64,000 nucleotides of DNA, from the NCBI GenBank assembly GCA_040902515.1, contig JBBDXB010000006.1, positions 499,419 to 563,418 on the forward strand, written 5' to 3'. The notes under the pieces were generated by a model that was given only the letters and a program-made list of their open reading frames with translations, was not told the origin of the DNA and did not search any database. The stretch's first letter is position 1; every line of letters starts with the position of its first letter. This DNA comes from Patescibacteria group bacterium (lineage in GTDB: Bacteria; Patescibacteriota; SICC01). Positions 57,102 to 64,000 of this stretch are shown piece after piece. The translations under genes were made by a program, and so were the position numbers.

Positions 57102-58008
57102 CCTCTCGGGCGAACTGAGGGAAGTAATCAATAGCAGTATTTCCCTGCGCAATCAGGTGTACCAACAGAAAGCAAAGGGAGCGTGGGATCGGCTTTGGGC
57201 TTCAATGGATGCGCTTGACGATGCACAACTCGCAATCGAGAAGTTCCAAAAAGCGTCCTCAATATCATATCTGGAGTTATACGGACTCCTGCAAGCTTTC
57301 ATTGTTCAACAGGATAGCGTTAATCACATACGGCAGACGACCCTTAATGCACCTCTGATTAAATGGGATAAAGCAGAGCCGAAACTTAATCAGATACGGT
57401 ATTTGAGAAACGAAACAGTTGGTCACCCGACTGACATTCGAACAGGCAAGACGATAGTCTACTGCAATATAAACCGCAGGTCGGTATCTAAAACGAGCTT
57501 CGAGTACATGATTTGGAGTCAGGCCGGAGCGCAACACAAAACCGTCGATGTGACTGATGTAATCAAAACGCAAGATGTCGAAGTCGCGCGCCTAATTAGG
57601 AAAATCATCGCTGACATTAAAGCGCATGAAGTTAGGTTTAAGAAGCAGTTTTCGGGAAAAAAATTGAAAACCGACTACTCGCAGATTAGTCACTACGAGT
57701 TCGAAAAACTTTATCTGTACCAAAACAACCCTGAAATTGCACAGATTATGTTCGGTTTAATAAAAAAGAAGTATGCAGAACTCCGGACTGAACTGGCAAA
57801 ACGCTACGGCGACTTTAGCACCACTATTAACGTCGGAGGTCTCAAAATTGTAATCGACGAACTGGACGAACTTGTTAAACGGGTTGGGACAAAATTGAAC
57901 GAAGGTGTCCCTGACGCCTTTGATTTCAATGTTTATGTCGAAAACCTAGATAGTAAATGGAAAGAACTGGGCGAAATGATCGATGAAACAGACGAGAAGT
58001 TTAGCTGA
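57076..58008 (+). CDS. hypothetical helical protein (310 aa) with a possible HEPN-like Rx5H motif (YLRNETVGH)
   Basis: ORF overlaps the previous stop by 26 nt; the motif match is weak. Confidence 0.55.
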   Translation: MSPKKSISDLSGELREVINSSISLRNQVYQQKAKGAWDRLWASMDALDDAQLAIEKFQKASSISYLELYGLLQAFIVQQDSVNHIRQTTLNAPLIKWDKAEPKLNQIRYLRNETVGHPTDIRTGKTIVYCNINRRSVSKTSFEYMIWSQAGAQHKTVDVTDVIKTQDVEVARLIRKIIADIKAHEVRFKKQFSGKKLKTDYSQISHYEFEKLYLYQNNPEIAQIMFGLIKKKYAELRTELAKRYGDFSTTINVGGLKIVIDELDELVKRVGTKLNEGVPDAFDFNVYVENLDSKWKELGEMIDETDEKFS

Positions 58009-58072
58009 TTATGGATTCATGCAAGGCGCGGAGTCATGGCTGCGGACTTAACGAAGGGGTAACCTTATAGCA

Positions 58073-59908
58073 ATGCGGGAAATTCATGGTGACGCAAAAA
58101 CCGTTCGGGACCTACTCAAAGGGGTTAAGTACTCCATTGACTACTACCAGCGTGAGTACAAGTGGGGCGGGAAACAGCTTCGCGAGCTTATCGATGACCT
58201 GAGTGGTAAGTTTTTGGAAGTCCACAAACCGGGCAACGACCGCAAGAAAGTTTCCGAATACCCCCACTACTTTCTCGGTTCGATCATCATCAGCAAAAAA
58301 GAGAGTGCGAATTATGTCGTGGACGGTCAGCAGCGTCTAACGACGTTGACCCTTCTCCTGATTTACCTAAGAAACCTCCAACGCGAGCGTGACGATAAGG
58401 TTTCGATTGACGAATTGGTCGCTTCCGAAACCTACGGCGAACAGTCATTCAACATCGAGGTAGACGAACGCATCCCGGTAATGGACGCGTTGTTTAGCAA
58501 TAAATCATTTGATGCGACTGACCGATCAGAGTCAGTACAGAACATCCTTAAAAGGTACGAGGAACTCGATGACGCTTTTCCCGAAGAACTGCGCGAAGAC
58601 GCGCTTCCGTATTTCATAGACTGGCTTCAGCAGAATGTTCATTTTGTGGAAATTACCGCGTATTCCGACGACGACGCCTACACGATTTTCGAAACGATGA
58701 ACGATCGCGGCCTTTCCCTGTCCCCGACGGACATGTTGAAAGGTTATTTGCTCGCGAATGTAGACAGATCCAAGCGTAATACCGCAAATGATTTTTGGCG
58801 CAAACGCATGAGCGAGTTAACCGATGTGGGTAAGGAAGCTGAGGCAGATTTCTTCAAGGCATGGTTGAGGAGCCAATACGCAACCAAGATCCGCGAGCGA
58901 AAACGGGGTGCTACTCCCGAGGACTTTGACCGGATTGGTACCGAGTTCCACCGGTGGTTGAGAGATGCCAGCAAGAAAATCGGCTTGGAACAAGACGACG
59001 ATTTCTATCAATTGATTGACCGGAACCTCAACTTCTACAGCCGACAGTATCTCGAATTGATGCGGGCGTCCCGGGAGCCAGTTGAGGGACTAGAACATGT
59101 ACTTTATAACGCCCACCATGGGTTCACCCTTCAATACATGTTGTTGTTAGCCCCGCTCACTCCAGACGACACTGACGAAGTAGCTCGGCAAAAACAGCGA
59201 CTAGTTGGGCAGTTCGTGGACATACTGATTACTCGAAGAATTTGGAATTTCCGATCCATCTCATATTCAACAATGCAGTACGCCATGTTCCTTGTTATGC
59301 GGAGCATACGAGGTCTCGAGCCCGACCAACTTGGGGAGACGTTAAAAAAGGCGCTTGGTGAGCAGGACGAGACTTTCTCAACCCAAGAAGACCTTTACCT
59401 ACATCAACAGAACCGGAGGGCTCTGCATCGGGTTCTGGCGCGCCTTGCTGACAGCGTAGAGGTTGGCTCGGGGCAACCGACGCAGTATATGAATTTTGTC
59501 AGTGACACCGGAAAAGACAGGTTCGAAGTAGAGCATATTTGGGCCGACAAATACGATCGGCATAAGGAAGCGTTTGCACACCCCAAAGACTTTGCAGATT
59601 ATCGTAATCGCATCGGCGGTCTCTTGCTCTTGCCAAAGAGTTTCAATGCTAGCTACGGTGATTTGGCATACGAGAAGAAACTCCCTCACTATCTGACTCA
59701 AAACCTACTTGCCCGGTCGCTGCACCCGCAGTGCTATGAGCGCAATCCTGGCTTTATAAAATTCGTGAAAGAAACCGGGTTGCCGTTCCGGGCTCACGAA
59801 AAATTTACGAAGGAAGATCTCGACGCGCGAGGAGCCCTCTATCGACAGCTTGCAGAATACGTATGGAACCCCAATAAGCTGATAGGTGATGACGTTAGCG
59901 GATCTTAA
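58073..59908 (+). CDS. GmrSD-family type IV restriction enzyme (DUF262 ParB-like NTPase plus DUF1524 His-Me nuclease)
   Basis: DYYQREYKW and VVDGQQRLTTL (DGQQR) in the N-terminal half; FEVEHIWAD...N..N in the C-terminal half. Confidence 0.8.
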   Translation: MREIHGDAKTVRDLLKGVKYSIDYYQREYKWGGKQLRELIDDLSGKFLEVHKPGNDRKKVSEYPHYFLGSIIISKKESANYVVDGQQRLTTLTLLLIYLRNLQRERDDKVSIDELVASETYGEQSFNIEVDERIPVMDALFSNKSFDATDRSESVQNILKRYEELDDAFPEELREDALPYFIDWLQQNVHFVEITAYSDDDAYTIFETMNDRGLSLSPTDMLKGYLLANVDRSKRNTANDFWRKRMSELTDVGKEAEADFFKAWLRSQYATKIRERKRGATPEDFDRIGTEFHRWLRDASKKIGLEQDDDFYQLIDRNLNFYSRQYLELMRASREPVEGLEHVLYNAHHGFTLQYMLLLAPLTPDDTDEVARQKQRLVGQFVDILITRRIWNFRSISYSTMQYAMFLVMRSIRGLEPDQLGETLKKALGEQDETFSTQEDLYLHQQNRRALHRVLARLADSVEVGSGQPTQYMNFVSDTGKDRFEVEHIWADKYDRHKEAFAHPKDFADYRNRIGGLLLLPKSFNASYGDLAYEKKLPHYLTQNLLARSLHPQCYERNPGFIKFVKETGLPFRAHEKFTKEDLDARGALYRQLAEYVWNPNKLIGDDVSGS

Positions 59909-60182
59909 GAGACGCCTTCGTCAAACGAAGTTCCGGTTCGCAAAAACCTATAGCGATACGTACCCCCACGAGTACCTGGTCAAAGAATTGGATGCTGCCC
60001 TCTTTGATGAAATGGCGAAGTTGATTGACGGGAAGGGCTACAAATCCGACTTCCACGGTCAGGAACATACGTACCTAGAGCTTGATGGTTACAAGTACTG
60101 GCACTATGAAACTATCCTTAACAGGGAGCCCCTGAAGGGGTACAAGGATGTAGAGAAGGAGTTAAATGCATCTGACCGATGA
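59889..60182 (+). CDS. hypothetical protein (97 aa)
   Basis: ORF overlapping the GmrSD stop. Confidence 0.45.
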   Translation: MTLADLKRRLRQTKFRFAKTYSDTYPHEYLVKELDAALFDEMAKLIDGKGYKSDFHGQEHTYLELDGYKYWHYETILNREPLKGYKDVEKELNASDR

Positions 60183-60423
60183 AGACATAGACGGGTTCCG
60201 CCGTATCTATAAGAAGCGGTTTGGCGAAGACATAAGCCGGGAAGAAGCACGGGAGGAGGGATCAAGCCTGCTTCGTCTGATGAAAGTCGTCTACAAACCA
60301 GTCACGCAGGAGCAGGTGGATAGCCTCCGTGAGCGCGATATGAAGCGAGTGGACGAAGCCTACGACTTTATCTTCGCAAAGGCTTTGAAAGAGAAGAAGA
60401 GTGAGTCAAATGCTGACGATTGA
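60166..60423 (+). CDS. small conserved protein (85 aa), paralog of 44269..44460
   Basis: See 44269..44460. Confidence 0.5.
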   Translation: MHLTDEDIDGFRRIYKKRFGEDISREEAREEGSSLLRLMKVVYKPVTQEQVDSLRERDMKRVDEAYDFIFAKALKEKKSESNADD

Positions 60424-60550
60424 AGAATGTCGGAAACACCTCCGGGACGACCGGGATCTCACCGACGAACAGGTTCTCGAGCTTCGAGATGCTCTCTATC
60501 ACCTGATTGAAACTGTTTGGGACGAGAAGCTTGGAGACAAGTCTGACTGA
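60410..60550 (+). CDS. 46-aa ORF (MLTIEECRKHLRDDRDLTDEQVLELRDALYHLIETVWDEKLGDKSD) overlapping the previous stop
   Basis: Hand-translated; below the track cutoff; a fourth consecutive overlapping start in the operon. Confidence 0.25.
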   Translation: MLTIEECRKHLRDDRDLTDEQVLELRDALYHLIETVWDEKLGDKSD

Positions 60551-61180
60551 CCTGTTAGGTAAAAGTGACCCCTCTATAGGAGAGCCGTTTTACCGCACCC
60601 TATCCTAAAATTTTTTCACAGATTTCTAAGACGGCCAGGTGACAGGGGGAGGAGAGAGAAAGGGGGGATAGGGGTAGTTACGTACAAATGTGACGTTATC
60701 TACTAGAAATTCCTGTTCCTAGCACGCGCAGTGCTAACCGATCATGAATTTCGGTAACTACGCCCGAGGGGAAAGGCGGGCAGGGGGAGACGCGAGATAG
60801 AGAATGCCATAGCCCTTTCGCTACTTCAGGCGTGAATTCTTCCCGTTTTGTTAGCCTCAGTCACTAAAAAGAGTGAATTAGGGTCGATCACCCACGCATG
60901 GCGGTGTTACCTTACAGTGCGTAGTGGTTCACCGTTGGCGTTACTGGCTTCGAGCGGGGCTAGGTGCGGGCTTCCCGGGAAGGGGGAGGGGCGAGAGACA
61001 TGGTAGATGGGACACTTTACGCACGAAAGTAACGCTCTTTCGGGAAGCTGCCGCCAAGAAAAAGGCTACTTTGCACCCCATGCCGCCGCACCCACCTAGG
61101 CTCTTACCCTTATCACTCACGCATAGCATCTGCCTTCAACCACACCTGCGGCCTGACTCACCGCGCTGCAGTAAACTGGA

Positions 61181-62011
61181 GTGACTTTGGACAACCTCGA
61201 AGAAAACACGCTCTACATCTACACTGATGGCTCTTCGCCTAGCTCGCCCCGGGTCGGAGGGATTGGGATTGTCTTTGCGTGGATCCGGCCGGACGGGACG
61301 GTCGGAGAGTACAAAGACGAACAAGAGGCCTATCGAAGCGGGACAAACAACCAAATGGAGCTGGAAGCTGGCCTGCACGGATTGCGGGAGTTCGACAGGG
61401 CGAGGTTTCCGATAGACGTGCGGGCTGAGATCTCTTCCCATTCGAGGATTGTCATCAGGTCGGACTCCAACTATGTGGTCGAGAACTTCTACCGCGCCTT
61501 CTCCGAGTGGTCTGGGTCTTGGCTGAAAAGATCCGGTGAGCCGGTAGCGAACCCTGAACAGTGGAAGGCGCTGGTGAGGATGGTAAGGCGACTCCAGCGC
61601 AAGAGTGTCAGCGTGCGGGTAGAAAAAGTGAAAGGCCATAGTAGAAGCGTACTCAACCGGAAAGCTCACAAAATGGCCGGGAGGTCAGCCAGGAGGAAAC
61701 CTACTAAGCAAGTCAGTCACATTCGAGTACGGAGGAAGCAGGGTAAAAAATCGGTCGACTCGAAATTGGTTCCGATGCTCGGCCAGAGGATAACCATCTA
61801 CATCGTTACCGACACGTACCTGAAGCCCTCCAAGAGATATCGTTACAAATACCAGGTGAGATCGAGGGGAAAGTTCTTCCACCAGACTGCCCTCGCTCAC
61901 TCAAAGGTGATGATGAGTGCCGGACATACTTATCGGGTTCGCCTTGGCGAAGATCAGAGCAATCCTACGATTGTGAAATGCTTCGGTGAGGTGCCGAAGA
62001 AAGGGAAGTAG
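61181..62011 (+). CDS. RNase HI-domain protein with about 130-aa basic C-terminal extension (GTG 61181 or TTG 61187 start)
   Basis: LYIYTDGSS, TNNQMELEAGL, IRSDSNYVV, VKGHSRSVLNRKAHKMA align to RNase HI D10/E48/D70/H124/N130; the position equivalent to D134 is His. Confidence 0.7.
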   Translation: MTLDNLEENTLYIYTDGSSPSSPRVGGIGIVFAWIRPDGTVGEYKDEQEAYRSGTNNQMELEAGLHGLREFDRARFPIDVRAEISSHSRIVIRSDSNYVVENFYRAFSEWSGSWLKRSGEPVANPEQWKALVRMVRRLQRKSVSVRVEKVKGHSRSVLNRKAHKMAGRSARRKPTKQVSHIRVRRKQGKKSVDSKLVPMLGQRITIYIVTDTYLKPSKRYRYKYQVRSRGKFFHQTALAHSKVMMSAGHTYRVRLGEDQSNPTIVKCFGEVPKKGK

Positions 62012-62446
62012 CTGTACTCTTAGCGTAGAATTGCTTTAGCGCAGTTCGAACGTCCTCTACGCACCCCTGCCAACATCACTGGCAATCCGAGTAGCGGTGC
62101 TCACAGTATGATGTTCGCGATATAATGTCGCCGAAAGGAAAAAATGAAAAGAAAGTTACAATGGAGCAGGGCATATCAAAGGCTCAGGGGCTACAAAAAG
62201 ATCCCCAGTCTTCAAGTTCCCGATGTGTTAGTTGTGGACCCTCTGTACGTGCTCGACCCCATTACTCCAAAGGTTCTCTGCTTCCTCAGGAAGGAGTGGA
62301 AGTGGCTCGCAGGATTTTCACTTGCGCTCTTTAGTCTTGCGTTGAACTAAACAAACCGCCGAGTAGCCTGTCTATCCTCAATCCCAACTCCCCGGCGCGT
62401 CCCAAAGATTATTGAACTATTGCTGAAGCTTGGTGAGACCGGCTAC

Positions 62447-62734
62447 TTACTGATTTACGACAGTGAGAGCAAATATAAGCCCAATTAGGAAAAGGCCAAT
62501 CAAGAGTCCAGAAAGAATAGTTACCGTAAGGTTTAAACCTTTTGAGATTCTGTTTCCTTTAGCTCGCGATATAGCTGCCGTTCCTAATAAAACACTAACG
62601 ACCAGATATAGAAAAGATATTTCTGGTCGGCTATCGCCCAGAGAGCCTACCGCAGTTAGAAGCGCTAATGCTGCCGCGATCAAAGGAAGTGCAGCAGATG
62701 GCTTTCGGGTCGGTGAAAGTGAAGATTCTTTCAT
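62447..62734 (-). CDS. small membrane protein (95 aa from the internal Met MKESSLSP; 2 TM)
   Basis: Hydrophobic ORF; the longer track ORF overlaps a plus-strand ORF. Confidence 0.4.
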   Translation of the reverse strand: MKESSLSPTRKPSAALPLIAAALALLTAVGSLGDSRPEISFLYLVVSVLLGTAAISRAKGNRISKGLNLTVTILSGLLIGLFLIGLIFALTVVNQ

Positions 62735-62809
62735 TGTGCGTTTAGAGTAGCATGGATTCTGGACCCGACTGCCCTGCCGAATCACAAGCTCAAAGGTTTC
62801 AGTTAGGAT

Positions 62810-63094
62810 ATGCATATGCGCGACATTAAACGCGGCGGAGCTAATCCAGGTCACGACGGCGACCTTCCAGAAGGCAGTTCGGGATTCGATGGGCGTGATG
62901 ACCACGTTGACTACTTGGATTGGACCGACAACGAGCCGGGGCAGCCAAGGACCACGCTATTTGTCGGTGGACGCTCACATGTCGATCCTGACCGCCGGTA
63001 TCTCACTGTCAGCGACATAGATGGCGATCAAAGCAAGCTCGATCAGGGTGCCCGTGACGTGTTAGAGGCTTTCGGATTACTTAGAGACTCTTAA
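62810..63094 (+). CDS. hypothetical acidic protein (94 aa)
   Basis: ORF only. Confidence 0.3.
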   Translation: MHMRDIKRGGANPGHDGDLPEGSSGFDGRDDHVDYLDWTDNEPGQPRTTLFVGGRSHVDPDRRYLTVSDIDGDQSKLDQGARDVLEAFGLLRDS

Positions 63095-63194
63095 GAGTCA
63101 GTCCCTGGTTGTGCAGTAACATTCCTGATCGAACTTGCCCGTGACCCAAGGGAACGAGCTTGAAGGTCTGGGCAAGTAGTGGAATCCTAAGCCC

Positions 63195-63824
63195 ATGGAC
63201 TTACTTGGAATATTCCTGACGGTTGCACTGGTTCATCTACTGGCTGTCATGAGCCCCGGTCCGGATTTTGTAATGCTTACTGGCAACACCGTTCGTTACT
63301 CACGGAGAACGGGGGTGCTTACAGCTGCAGGTCTCGGTCTTGGTATTCTTGTTCATGTTACCTACTCTCTAGTTGGCATAGGGCTGCTGGTTTCACAGTC
63401 AATTCTGCTTTTCACGATTATCAAATATGTTGGCGCCGCTTACCTGGTCTACATCGGATACAAGGCACTTAGGTCTGAAAGCAGTAAACGCGCTGTTGCA
63501 CGAAAGTCAGCAAGAAAAGACATATCTCCGCGCAGAGCCATTGGCATGGGTTTTATCACCAACGTCACCAACCCCAAGGCGACCCTCTTTTTCCTCAGTC
63601 TATTCTCGGTGGTGATTTCTCCAGGAACCCCTTTTTGGCTCAAGGCGGTTATGAGCATCGAGATGTCTCTTGTGACATTTGCATGGTTCGCCTTGGTTGC
63701 TGTGGTTATATCGCACCGTTTAGTAGCAAAGCGCCTTGATTCGGTTCAGCACATAGTCGAGCGAGCAATCGGCGGTGTGCTGATATTGTTAGGCCTACGC
63801 ATAGCCACGACGGCCTCCAGGTAA
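63195..63824 (+). CDS. LysE/RhtB-family amino-acid exporter
   Basis: N-terminal FLTVALVHLLAVMSPGPDF motif typical of RhtB/LysE; 6 TM. Confidence 0.85.
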   Translation: MDLLGIFLTVALVHLLAVMSPGPDFVMLTGNTVRYSRRTGVLTAAGLGLGILVHVTYSLVGIGLLVSQSILLFTIIKYVGAAYLVYIGYKALRSESSKRAVARKSARKDISPRRAIGMGFITNVTNPKATLFFLSLFSVVISPGTPFWLKAVMSIEMSLVTFAWFALVAVVISHRLVAKRLDSVQHIVERAIGGVLILLGLRIATTASR

Positions 63825-63851
63825 GTTGGCAGGTTCTGAGTGATTAAGCCG

Positions 63852-64000
63852 TCACGGCGAAGTATCAAAATATCCAGCCCTACCCCGACGCCTCGGTGCT
63901 TCCGCCAGCGTCTGGGTCACCTCCGCATCCGCGGTCTGTTCGAAGCCCCGATAGTACGCGCCGATTGCCCCGAGGAATCGGTCGGGTCGAATGGCGACTA
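63852..64000 (-). CDS. 3' end of a minus-strand gene continuing beyond the window (high GC, host side of the island)
   Basis: 49 open codons from the window edge to a TGA at 63852-63854. Confidence 0.3.
   Translation of the reverse strand, partial: VAIRPDRFLGAIGAYYRGFEQTADAEVTQTLAEAPRRRGRAGYFDTSP

Larger units (their letters stand above)
42545..63830. mobile_element. integrative genomic (defence) island at tRNA-Trp, about 21 kb, GC about 45-50% against about 65-70% in the flanks
   Basis: Sharp compositional shift on both sides; integrase abutting the tRNA; replication/regulation module plus defence cargo; no conjugation genes seen. Confidence 0.7.

Noticed and set aside
60600-61180. Possible CRISPR array or retron ncRNA
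   Set aside because: Only three irregularly spaced, imperfect G-rich motif copies, no regular repeat-spacer periodicity and no reverse transcriptase or cas genes nearby; kept as an ncRNA candidate finding instead
1-64000. CRISPR arrays, rRNA genes, transposases/IS elements
   Set aside because: Scanned for regularly spaced direct repeats, 16S/23S-like conserved blocks and DDE/transposase-like ORFs; none found. The only recombinase is the serine integrase at 42479..44131

Overview
High-GC (about 65-70%) chromosomal segment, Actinobacteria-like in gene content and synteny. Core housekeeping genes: aspS, MDR-family quinone oxidoreductase, two PhnB/VOC proteins plus a RibD-C/DHFR-like protein, lysA, purN, smpB, argS, a PMT-type mannosyltransferase, a UvrD-like helicase-nuclease, rmuC, lgt-lspA-rluD-gmk, holB, and the tRNA-Thr/tRNA-Tyr/tRNA-Thr/rpmG/tRNA-Trp cluster. 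Two lower-GC accessory regions interrupt this core. (1) About 11.8-18.05 kb lies next to the 3' end of a tmRNA (ssrA, minus strand). It carries a SAM-methyltransferase, an EamA transporter, two small membrane proteins and an HNH-nuclease/unknown-protein pair, and has no integrase. (2) An about 21-kb island (42.5-63.8 kb) is inserted at tRNA-Trp immediately after rpmG, where secE/nusG would be expected. It is bounded by a large serine recombinase whose 3' end reads antisense through the tRNA. It contains a primase-zinc-finger/AAA_25/DUF5659/XRE mobility module and a tightly coupled same-strand operon: an HNH-RecQ helicase, a PLD-SNF2 helicase fusion, an MmeI/Eco57I/PglX-class N6-adenine methyltransferase, a Cas4/RecB-like Fe-S PD-(D/E)xK nuclease, a possible HEPN protein and a GmrSD type IV enzyme, followed by small paralogous ORFs, a 630-bp non-coding G-rich region and an RNase HI-like protein. 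This operon is the most interesting object in the window. It resembles DISARM, Type ISP and BREX in its parts but matches none of them as a set, so it is a candidate undescribed or variant helicase-methylase-nuclease defence system. Nothing here is confirmed by database search; all calls rest on recognisable motifs in the supplied translations and on sequence inspection.
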